NCBI GenBank assembly: GCA_964016885.1
Contig: OZ024742.1
Coordinates: 147,064,001-147,128,000, forward strand
Source: Eledone cirrhosa
Lineage: Eukaryota
Length of the DNA: 64,000 nt
Direction of reading: 5' to 3'
The position numbers were made by a program, and so were the translations under genes. A model generated the notes under the pieces. The model worked only from the letters and a program-made list of their open reading frames with translations. It ran no database searches and was not told the origin of the DNA. Shown here piece by piece: positions 13,420 to 24,915 of the stretch. Every line of letters starts with the position of its first letter. The stretch's first letter is position 1.

Positions 13420-13535
13420 TCAGTGTTTTGTGCTACAAATGGTATATATGTGTACAATATAGCAGTAGTGCAATAAACCATGCATGTTTATATATACACT
13501 ATAACACTGCAACCAATGGTGCATGCATATTACAT

Positions 13536-13566
<31 letters not shown>

Positions 13567-13735
13567 CAGCAGCAGTGCAATAAATTGTACATGCACATGA
13601 TGATGATGATGATGATGATGTATATATATATATACACACACACACATACATACATACATACATACATACATACATACATACATACATACATACATACATA
13701 CATACATACTACAGCAGCAGTGCAATAAATTGTGC

Positions 13736-13795
<60 letters not shown>

Positions 13796-14680
13796 TACAG
13801 CAGACTGTACGTGTTTATTTACTATAGCAGTGTTACTAATTGTGTGTGCGTGTGCATGTGTGTGTAGTACTGCAGAAGTGCAACATATTGTACATGTTTA
13901 AATATATAGTACAACAGACGCGCAACATATTGTGCATGTTTATATATACAGTTCAGCAGAAGTACAAATTGTACGTTTATGTATAATAGCAGCAGTGCAA
14001 CAAACTGTACATTCTATGCACTATAGTAGTAGTACAAGAAAATTATACATGTTTATATACACAGCACAGTAGAACAACAAATTGTACATGGCTATGCATT
14101 ATTGCAGCAGTGCAATAAACTGTACAATAAACTGTACATGTCTAGGCACTATAACAGTAGTGCAACAAATTGTACATGTTTATACATACAGTACAGCAGA
14201 ACAACAAACTGTACATGCTTATGCACTATGGTAGTAGTGCAACAAATTGTGCATGTTTAAGTATACAATACAGCAGAAGTGCAAACTGTACATGTTTATA
14301 TATACAGTACAGCAAATGTGCAACTAACATGACTATACACTATAGCAGCAGTGCAACAAACTGTACATGTTTTTATATACAGCACAGTAGAAGTGCAATA
14401 AACTGTACATGGCTATGCATTATAGCATTAGTGCAACAAATTGTATGTTTATGCACAATAGCAGTGCAACAAACTGCATGTTTATATATACAGTACAGTA
14501 GATGTGCAAACTGTACATGTCTATGCACTATAGCGGTAGTACAATAAATTGTACGTTTATATATACAGTACAACTAATTATACATGTTTATATATACAGT
14601 CCATCAGATGTGCAATAAAATGTATATGTATGCACTACAACAACAATGCAACAAATTGCACATATATACAATCTACAGCA
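13420..14680. repeat. degenerate minisatellite with two alternating ~38-42 bp monomers
   Basis: Alternating GTGCAACAAACTGTACATGTTTATATATACAGTACAGCAGAA and GTGCAACAAATTGTACATGTCTATGCACTATAGCAGTA, interrupted by (TA)n, (ATG)n and (TACA)n. Confidence 0.85.
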
Positions 14681-15147
14681 GCAGAGAAGTTAAAATGGAG
14701 GAAATGCATTTAACTTGTTTCATTATCTTCTGTTAAAACAGATTAGTTGTAATGATTTTAATTCCATACTACTTTCATGTTTTGCAAAGTAGGTTATTTA
14801 GAAATATTCCAGGTTGGTGGTAATTCCTATACAATTTCCAAGACTTCACACCACTGGACAGCTTATATCATACACACCTTTATATATACATATAACCATA
14901 TATACAGGGTGTCCTACAAAAGTATATACACACTTCGACGGCATTCTAATAAATATGTATATACATTTGGGAGGGGGGACCCTCTGTGTGTATATATATA
15001 TATACACACACACAAACAAACAAACAAACACATACATACACACGTGTGCATGCATTCTTTCATGATATATATCTATATAAACCCAGAAAAAAGAAAAAAT
15101 AACGGAAACAAATTTTTTCCCCTAATAATCGTTTTTTTTTTCCTCCC

Positions 15148-15181
15148 TATATATATATATATATATATAATATATAAATAT

Positions 15182-15266
<85 letters not shown>

Positions 15267-15313
15267 AATATATATATATAAATATATATATATAAATATA
15301 TATATATATAAAT

Positions 15314-15348
<35 letters not shown>

Positions 15349-15445
15349 AATATATATATATAAATATATATATATATAAATATATATATATATAAATATA
15401 TATATATATAAATATATATATATATAAATATATATATATATAAAT

Positions 15446-15541
<96 letters not shown>

Positions 15542-15553
15542 TATATTAATATA

Positions 15554-15585
<32 letters not shown>

Positions 15586-15718
15586 TATATTAATATAATA
15601 TATATATATATAATATATAATATATATAATATATAATATATATATAATATATACATATATATATAATATATATAATATATAATATATAAATATATATAAT
15701 ATAAATATATATATATAT
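15148..15718. repeat. (TA)n / (TATAAATATA..)n tract, almost purely A+T
   Basis: About 570 bp with essentially no G or C. Confidence 0.97.
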
Positions 15719-16370
15719 TTTTTTTTTTTATTGTTTTGAAATATCGTGTCTGCTAGTAAGACATTTTAACTCTTATGGCATTGCCAAAGACAAAAAGCAC
15801 CGTGATCACACTAAAAGATGGTAGTGCTAGAGTTACAATAAAATGTTCCCATTACACGTTTTAAAGTGATTGACGCTAGAAAGATCATCAAGCCATAGAA
15901 ACCAAGGCAAAAACGGAACGAACGAACAGGATGCGGTCACCTGACCTGTTTCGTCTCAATATTTGATAACACGTTCAACCCATGCAAGCATGAAAAATAG
16001 ACGTTAAATGATAATGATGATAATATACGCGCGCGCATATATACATTATATATATACACACATACATGCATGTATACATTATATTCATGTCCGCATACAT
16101 CATATATATGCATGCATACCTTATATGTGTGTGTGTGTACACATGCACAAATATATAGGTCCGTTTCTACGACCGATGACATTGGAGCTTTGTACCTGTT
16201 GCCAATTTTGCCCCCCGCGCGCGCGCGTGCGTGTGTGTGTGTGTGTGAAAGGCTGTTCCCATTACTTTCACACGCCGTTTTCTGTTCCTTCTCATATTAC
16301 AACTAACATTATGTCATTCCTATAGTTATGTAAAACAGGTACATCTATATATATATTCCTTAATTGGGTA

Positions 16371-16508
<138 letters not shown>

Positions 16509-17219
16509 TGTTATTTGTAATTGTTATTTAATGAATTACTTAAATACGTATATCTGTGTGTACACGTGAGCTTAAGAAACTCACCTAATTTTAAACAAAT
16601 CGCTGGAGTTAACATACTTAATTTTAAACAGATGTTAAAAATTGTTTTATTTTCCGTTAACTAGCCCAACACACCCCATCCAACATCACACAAATAACAT
16701 ATTTCATATATTCTAAAACATAATCGTATTTGTCTAATATATTTAATAGATAAATGTATAGATAATAGACTGGTATACATGGGTTTGCACACACATATAT
16801 ATGAAGAGAGAGAAAGAGGAGATAGTTTGATAGATAGACAGATAAACTGACAGACATGTAGACATACAGTTGGATTATATAAAAGATAAAAAGACAGTTG
16901 ATATAGAGACACATAGCATACAGGCTTGTCCGGACAGATATAGAAAATAGTGATGAGAGAGACAAATAGTGGTGGATACGGTTATATTTGAAATTTCATA
17001 TAAAATTGCTGACAAATTAAAAATGTATTATCAAAATATTGTGAAAATAAGAACGAGTGTTAGGTTGATTTAACGTACAAACAGGCCATATAGAAGAGGG
17101 TAATGGTTGAAAACAGCTGGTATAGTTGGGAAATATTTTATTGAGAAACAGATAAATTTAATTGAATAAATAAATTTACACATACATACATACACACACA
17201 CACATCCACGTGTAGAATG

Positions 17220-17252
<33 letters not shown>

Positions 17253-17258
17253 TTCTTT

Positions 17259-17443
17259 TTTTAATATAGATGAGATTCTACAGGACTACAACTGTTTCAT
17301 TCTTTAGATTCCTGATGATTTCTAAAGAATGAAACAGTTCTAGTCCTGTAGAATCTCATCTATATTAAAACTGTTATACTCTGCTGTGTATTGAGTACCT
17401 TACTTACTGTGGTTACCTCCGATTCAACTCGGAATAACTTACC
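17259..17443 (+). mobile_element. Penelope-type terminal fragment with 50-bp fold-back and hammerhead-like motif, between (TA)n tracts
   Basis: Arms 17259-17308 and 17321-17370 pair with one mismatch. The loop and right arm read CTGATGA-TTTCTAAAGAAT-GAAAC-AGTTCTAGTC. A related older copy is at 60540-60715. Confidence 0.6.
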
Positions 17444-17682
17444 TATATATATATATATTACGTGTACGCATACATATGGATATATATATTCTTTTACCAA
17501 AATAAATTATTACATTAAATTGCCTTATTTGAGAAAAAAATAAGTCAGTGATGGGCTAAATATATAATAACTAAATATAAAAGGAGAAACAAAATAAAAT
17601 ATAACAGAAAAACCACGTGAGAAAATATGACGAATATTTGTGTAGTTTTTCTAGACTTGTACAATTGCAAATTTTAACGTGG

Positions 17683-17740
<58 letters not shown>

Positions 17741-17964
17741 TGTGTGTATATATATATATATATATAAATGAAAGGTATAAAAAATATTGTAGCAAAAACC
17801 AACAGTATTCCATAATATATATATATAAACAATGGCGTGCTGCGTGGTTGCACATGGGTTACATATGAATAAAATTAGTCCATCAGTGATCTTCCAGCCT
17901 TAGCGAAGAAATACCAATGAAGGCTGGAAGATCACAGATGAAGGACTAATTTTACGCGTGTACG

Positions 17965-18017
<53 letters not shown>

Positions 18018-18154
18018 GCGCGCATATATATATATTTATATATATAGACTTGTTTATATATACATATAAATATATAGATGCGCGTGTGTGTGCACATGAG
18101 AGAGAAGGAGATAATCAGATAACCGTGTTTTTAAAAAATGCAAAAGATCCTTAC

Positions 18155-18369
18155 TGCTTCATAACAACCCTGATTGGTACTGAAGGTGGCACCAAGGCTG
18201 GTAAAGTAGGCATACTGCTTCGACGTATGCTCTCCATAACATCCACACAACCTTCCTTGATATTATTGTCAGGATTCCCTTCTTTCGGGGTTAAAAAGAC
18301 ACGAAATGGTGAGACACGGGGCAAGGCTGCCGCAACAACGTGCGGCAGGCTTCTCCTTCGGTTTTCCAT
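18155..18369 (-). CDS. candidate alternative first coding exon (71 codons + 2 nt, phase 2) of an unidentified gene
   Basis: Non-repetitive, GC- and CpG-richer ORF MENRRRSLPHVVAAALPRVSPFRVFLTPKEGNPDNNIKEGCVDVMESIRRSSMPTLPALVPPSVPIRVVMK. Its apparent stop lies inside a donor, AAGCA|GTAAGG. It carries two RRxS basophilic kinase motifs and has a unique CpG-retaining upstream region. Confidence 0.7.
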
Positions 18370-18589
18370 TGATGTATTTTTATTATTATTATTATTATTT
18401 TTTGTTTTGTTTTGATTATGTATATATTTTATAAATATATAAATATATATATTGGTTATGAATACAAATGTCTGTTGGTCAGATGAAAGGAAAGATGATT
18501 TGGAATAAAGTATTTATCACAACTGCTGTTCACTGATAAGAGATCCAGAAATATGAACACATTAAGAGGACACACTTTTCTTTCTTCAC

Positions 18590-19800
18590 ATCATCTTAAA
18601 CTGACTGTGGCTTCATAGAAGACACGGAAGGAAGAAGAAGCATTTATTTCGCTGCATGTTTGATTGACTAGGACAGTTTTATGGTAAGACATTCCAACGT
18701 AACCGATTGCTTTGAATTCCGTCGTCCAGAAGTAAGATAATCATGTTTGAGGTGTTGGTAGTTGTTGCCGTCAAGGCAGAAGACATCAGTAATGGTTCTA
18801 TCATTACTGCCACCTGTCATTTCAGCATGGGTAGTATACGACAACCACAGTACATCTAAGGACATTATTTGAAAACTGAGACAGAGAATGCCTCTGTCAT
18901 TCAGGCAACAACACACGACGATAACAACAATAGTAGTTTGAAGTAGTAGCAGCGATCGTTGTCACACATGAACAGGATGACCGAAACGAAATCTAGATTA
19001 CATAGATAAACAGGCAGATAGAGAAAGATAGTAGTGAAAATATAAACGGAGAGAGAGAGGGGGGGGGGCAGACAAATAATTAGACAGATAGATAGAGAGA
19101 TAGAGAGATAGGCAAAAAAGGTAGAGACGGCAGGTAAATAGTAAACAGATATACAGTAGGTAAATATAGATAACAAATAGATGACTGGGAGACAAATAGA
19201 AGATAGCAGCTACAATCCACAAGAAACGAATGTTAAGGACTCGTTGCTCCAACTACAATCCCTCATAAAAGGTTGCAGCAGCAGCAGCAGTGGTGGTGGT
19301 GGTGGAGTGGCAGCAGCAGTGATGGTGGTTTGTTACATACAGCTGATGATGATGGTAACAGTGATAGTGTTTGTGTTTGTGTTGTGGATGGTGGTTGTGG
19401 TAGTGTTTCTGTTGAGTGGTGGTTGTAGAGTTTGTGTTGCAAGTGGTGATGGTGGTGTTTTTGTTGTTGAAGCTAGAGTAATAATACAATAAAAGGTGTT
19501 GTAGTAAGGCAGTAAGCTGGTTCCGCCGTCAGAGGAAGGAATTATAATATATTGTTTGGTATTGTTGTTGTTGTTGTTACCACTGCTGACTAACAACAAA
19601 AACAGCAACAACCAGTAATAGCAGTCATCACTTTTCTTTGTAAACTGCTTTCCTGCTTTCTACTGAAATGTGAAGAAGTGAGTGACAGAAGAAATCTGAA
19701 TGGAGAGTGAGAAAAAGGACGATGTTTTGTTGCAGAAGAGCTATTTATTTTCAACTGAAAAGATCCTGCCAACTAGTTGTGAAGATGGCAGATGAAATAC
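18590..19800 (-). promoter_or_regulatory. putative promoter / long 5' leader of the 18.2 kb exon
   Basis: No recognisable transposon, CpG retained, minus-strand TCAGTT initiator matches (plus AACTGA) near 18599, 18874 and 19753, plus CT-rich and trinucleotide tracts typical of leaders. Confidence 0.4.
19270..19625. repeat. compound trinucleotide low-complexity tract (GCA/GGT/GAT/GTT)n
   Basis: Directly visible runs. Confidence 0.85.
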
Positions 19801-20620
19801 AACACTACTAGGTCACTACTTGAAGCATTAAAATAATTGTTTTCAGGTAAAAACTTTAAAAGCCAGTTGTTTGCAACAATAATATTTCTCAAATATTAGC
19901 AACACTATTTGTTAATGGAATTGCTAATCACTGAAAGAATAAATCATTTTCTTTTCACAAACTAAAACTTCAATACGAAAATAACATTTGGAGGCTAAAC
20001 ATCTAATAAATTGTTCAAGTATTTTATTTTAAAAACGAGTCTGCGTAGCTGGTTTAAAATAGATATATCTTAAGAGGTGACTAAAAGTGTTGGTGCCAGG
20101 AAAGGCATCTGGCTATAAAACATTGCCACCTCCCCACAAAGGACCCCGTGATGAGTATGGGGATTTGCAGGGATTGGACCCCTGCTTTATGAGGGGAAAT
20201 GGCTTTAAAACTATTCTTGTGTTTTAAAAAAATATTCGCTAATTTTCTAAAAACTAAAATCCTGATTGAAAAGTAATTAAAATTATTTTTCATGGAATAT
20301 CTTCCAACTAAAACTTCAATATGAAAATAAAATTTAGGTTAAAATTTCTAAATTAAAAAAATATTTCATTAAAACGAAAAAGAGAGAAATGGAAAAATTA
20401 ACAGGTAAATAAATGTTACGTTGGTAATATATTTTGTAATAAAGCGTTCTATTGATGTAAATAAAATGGAAAAATAGTTGACAGAGAAGAAAACTATAAA
20501 ATATTTAACTTCTTTTTTAGTGTTTATAGTATTATACAAACGATCATAAAGTAGTGGGTTCTATTCCTGAACCGGTTGTTCCTCCCAGCAAATAGAATCA
20601 GCAATTGAAAAACTAATGAA

Positions 20621-21690
20621 TTTTTTTTTTTAACACTTTTAGTCTTTATTGTGTTGTATCAGATGAAAGAATGGTATTTAACCAATGTATTGGTACGCGA
20701 TGGGGCCCACCCACAGCCCCGGCGGACAGAATGGAGAAGGCGTTTCCCCGGGGGACGACAAGGGAGACGAACTGGAAAAGCCACTCCAACTCACGGGGCT
20801 CACACCTGCGGCTGGCCAGCTCAGCGCCTATGGTGGTGAGTAAGGAGGCAGCCCTGGGGTCGAGGACACCAGAAGTCTCCACTGCCAGGGGAACGACCGC
20901 AAACCTGTCGGAGAGCGACCGGTATTCGAGGAGTTTGGCCCCCTCAGCCAGACGTGCAGCAGAACCTGGGTCAGTCGCGGCTGCAGAAAGTGTCGGTGCA
21001 AATCCCAGACGTTTGCCACCGCGGAACGGGAAGATGGTCATGCCATCTGGCCTTTTGCCGTCCACTCGATCCAGCACCACCGACTCGAGCTGGGAAGGGA
21101 AGCCTGCAACGTCCAAGCCATGCTTAATGACTTCGCTGAGGGCAGCATGGCGTGGAATGCGGTCGGCACTGTGTCGACAGAAAAAAGGGGGTGGAGGCCG
21201 AAAGAGTCCACGGTGTAACCGCAGCGACATTGGTGTGGCTGGCAGATCCGGAGGCCAAGCCTCAGGGAAACGCCGATTCGCAGGCAATGGTTATCTAGCT
21301 GCGTGCCAGTAGAGAAAGGGGGCAGAGCATGAAGCCAGGCACCACTGTGGGGTTTGGAGACCGCACGAAAACAAGCAAGGCGGTGCTGGTCGAGCTGGCG
21401 CGTGAGCCTGTCTGAGGCCAGGCTGCACTGGATGGCATCCCAAGTGCGTGGGGGGGACTTGACGTCAACAGGGGGAGAAGGAGGAGGGACGTCTACTGGG
21501 CTAAGTCCCAGCCGGTCCCACATCTCACAGGCGGCCTCACGTTCTCTGAACACAGAGGGTTCTGTTGTGTTTTGAAGAACCCTGCTGACGAGGTTACCGA
21601 CGAAAGATACGCCGGCAAAGCTAGTGAGATCGGGGACCAAGGCCGCCATACCTGACCGGTAAAGTGGCCTGTTGCCACCCTATGTCGTCA
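20621..21690 (-). mobile_element. 5'-truncated CRE-like non-LTR retrotransposon (zinc knuckle + PD-(D/E)xK restriction-like endonuclease), frameshifted
   Basis: ORFs 21038-21649 and 20646-21287 join across a homopolymer frameshift near 21181. They give SGAWLHALP..G..LD...RIGVSLRLG, CRCGYTVDSFGLHPLxC (CCHC), RH, DGKRPDG, AExxK..Y, PLAVETSG and WLFQxVSL..RGNA. An A-rich 3' end lies near 20621-20631. GC and CpG are sharply higher than the flanks. Confidence 0.9.
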
Positions 21691-21691
21691 A

Positions 21692-21805
21692 AATATCCCG
21701 CCGAGGTTGACTTTGCCTTTCATTCCTTACGGGGTCGATAAAATAAAGTACCAGTAATGCCCGGGGTATTTGCTGCCCTTGTGCCTAAAGTAGAAACAAT
21801 TATTT
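21692..21805 (+). mobile_element. headless young Meta-domain SINE
   Basis: ATCCCGCCGAGGTTGACTTTGCCTTTCATTCCTTACGGGGTCGATAAAATAAAGTACCAG..CCTTGTGCCTAAAGTAGAAACAATTATT is nearly identical to 56609-56717. Confidence 0.85.
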
Positions 21806-23605
21806 TCTTGATCCACCGATACGACGATCAGCTCCTTTCCTTTTCTTTCTTTTAACCTAATCAAGAAGAGAAAAGCAATACTCATTGCCCCTTCTCAGAG
21901 CCTATGAGACTGCTCAGAAAGAGGCAGGGATGATTCCTTAAACCAGAGACCTGGTCTATAAATGCTTGCAACAGGGTGAACTTTTAAGAGCCCAAACGAA
22001 CCTGACGGATTAGGTCTACCACCCCAAGATATATTAAATTTTCTCCTATCTTATAATTTGTGTGTGTGTGTGTATGTGTGTATGTGTGTGTGTGTGTATG
22101 TGTGTAGCTATTGAAGCTGTCACTAGTAAGGCTATTTAACAAAAAGTTCAAAGTAAATTTTGATAAATGAAATCAGAGGGATGTAGCTAAGACCACACGG
22201 AACTAATCAAAAGTTTTAAGGAATTGTAAACTTCAAAGTTACTTTTGAAACATTACATTAACGTATGCTTCAAGAATATTCATGAATTGGGATGATAAAG
22301 TTACATTTCACACAACACGTATTCTACACAATCACCACATAACAGGCAGACAAAACCCTAAAGTAACACAAGAAACAACAGAACCCACTACAAAACCAAA
22401 CACAACTTCATGCTACACACTAGAAGGGATCTAATGGTGTATGTAACTGCTAAAACAAGGATGATAATTTATTGCATATGGCCATAAATTATATAGTAGG
22501 ATATTATCTAGGGGTTCCGAAATTTATTTTAGAATTGTTTTAGAATTTATTCATATATTTTTTTAAAGCCTTATCTCACAGAATTGAATTTTTTCGCAAA
22601 ACCAACTTTGGGAAATATCCGTAAACATCAAATGAATCAACGAGCATGAATACCAACATTTATTTTATCTGAGAGATGGAAGACAGTCAAATCAATTGTT
22701 AAAACTGAAGCAGTTTATAACATTATTCACTCACTCCATTAGAAGTAGTAAAAACACTGCCTATGTAGGTGTATAATGTCTAAAACATTCAATCAACATA
22801 CATATTTCATACAAACACACAGTATTAAACACAAACATAATCCACTGTTCAATACTCTACAGTAGTGGTTCCTATATTTATGCTGCTACAGAACCCTCAT
22901 ATAAGTTTAAAAAAAAAAAGAAAGCTGTGGAACACATACCTGTATTTTATGGAAAATCCCTACCACCCTAATTTAAACAAGGCAACAACAATTACCTTTA
23001 AAGTAAAAATTATATGAAAAGCAATACAATAATTTCTTTAATAATTGTTTTTATTATAGAACTCCGCAATTTTATCAAAGTACCCACTTTGGTAAATATT
23101 GCCTACAAAAAAAAAATATTTTGCCTAGTAGCAAGCACTTTTAAATAAATGGAATCAACCAAGAATTATTGTGTCATAAGACACTGGCTTTGAGAACAGA
23201 CAGCAAACAGAAGAGGGGAAAGCAATTAACAGCTATTGAAAATAACAAACAAATAATATAGATTAGAGACAACATATGGACACATGACTTTCATAATTAC
23301 TAACTGATTTGGGCCACAATTATCATAATTTCTATGTAATTTACTACAGCTAGCTTATCTCTAGCCTTATTTTCAAAGTCAATAGCTATTCCAACCCTCC
23401 CCTCTCCTATATTATTCTACTACAGCTAATTGAAAAATAACAGCTGTAAACATCTGTTCCAAATATACTTTCAATAAAATATGTTTACTATAAATAGGAT
23501 TTATCACAGTGTTTTGAAAATCTAAAGCATTCAGAAATTTCTAATGTGATTTTAAAAAATTGGTAGAGGGTCCTATAGAAAACCATATATATTTTAAATT
23601 GTTTA

Positions 23606-23896
23606 TCTATATATCTAAAACAGAGAATGTCTGTCTGTCTGTCCAATCAGTAAAACTCGAGAACCACCCAACCGATTGTTTTCAAACTTTACACACGTAA
23701 TACTTATGGTCCTGTGAGTGTTTTGAGCAAAAGAAAATTCAAATTTTCAATGCCCTAGGAACCGCATTAGGCGATTTAGCGATCTCTCTCTCTCTCTCTG
23801 TGTCTTTCTCTTTTTAGATAGATACATTTGCGCCCTTATAATATCTGTCTCTATGCCTGGCTGTCTGCATTACGACATTATGACGTAGGTGTGTGC

Positions 23897-23960
<64 letters not shown>

Positions 23961-24282
23961 GGTAACGTTTTTCGAAATATTTACTTCTGCGTTCACAGAT
24001 TGATTTTTTTTAATTTTAATTTCAGAAGGTCCCGTTAAGGGTGAAAGCACAGATTCTTTGCTTAAACTTTAATCTGTTATTTTAATATATATATATATAT
24101 GCGTTTACAGATATTTTTGCATGCGCAATAACAAAATATAAACAAAAGTATTTATTTCGCGATAAAGTATTGATTTTCTTCGCACGAAAAAAAAACCTGG
24201 TAATGTACGACGAATTTTTTTTATAACCACAAAATGTAGACACCATCCCGAGGCCGAGGTATTCCGTACTTCTCTGTACTGT

Positions 24283-24314
<32 letters not shown>

Positions 24315-24460
24315 TATATTCGTGTACAGATATTTTTGCATACACAATAACAAAATATAAACAAACGTATTTATTTCACGAGGCTCGATAAGGATAAATA
24401 TATATCAAATATATAAGAACCCTAGAGCAAATCCCGAGCAACGCCGAGCCATTCTGCTAG
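23606..24460 (+). mobile_element. complete non-autonomous Helitron
   Basis: 5' A|TCTATATATCTAAAA followed by (CTGT)n. 3' subterminal GC-rich imperfect hairpin CCCGAGCAACGCCGAG, then terminal CTAG|T. Inserted between A and T with no TSD. Confidence 0.9.
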
Positions 24461-24609
24461 TATTTATCTAAAAAAAAAAAAAATTCCAACATGATTTTAT
24501 GTAAAAACCTTTGTAAGATATGTTTCAAACACCAGCTTAATAATGAGAAAGTTGTATTACTAAATCCTTTCAAATTACTGATTATTTTCAAAATTATTTG
24601 AAAATCGCA

Positions 24610-24915
24610 GACACTCCTGACTCATTCTTCACATCACCCATACATTGAATCATGCCACACACTAACACACACCAACACTCTCTCTCCCTCTTCGATTACT
24701 ACAGTGGCTTCTGCTCCACGAACCTGGCTTGTCTCATACCAATTCCACTCAAGCACTCCAGACTCTCTCATCTCCTCTTAGCACCCATAGTCAATCCTAA
24801 CTATTTTCCCTGTCCTTCCTCCTCAGAATGTCCTCCCGCTGGAATTCCTTCCCTGGCTATGTTTATTCTGCAGCCATTGAATTGTGACATTATCTGTGTT
24901 GACCTCAATGGTCTG
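24610..24915 (+). mobile_element. CR1/Jockey-group LINE 3' fragment
   Basis: Degenerate translation ..SLSLFDYYSGFCSTNLACLIPIP..HP..PQNVL/RWNSFP.. resembles the SLFYRYY.G.CS.EL..WNSLP end of CR1-type ORF2. A similar fragment lies on the minus strand at about 48610-48845. Confidence 0.6.

Noticed and set aside
18668-18916. 82-aa minus-strand ORF upstream of the 18.2 kb exon
   Set aside because: Starts at GTG, has no recognisable motif or splice support; at most a uORF in the leader.
20671-21575. Plus-strand ORFs of 213 and 73 aa
   Set aside because: Antisense shadows of the GC-rich CRE-like ORF.
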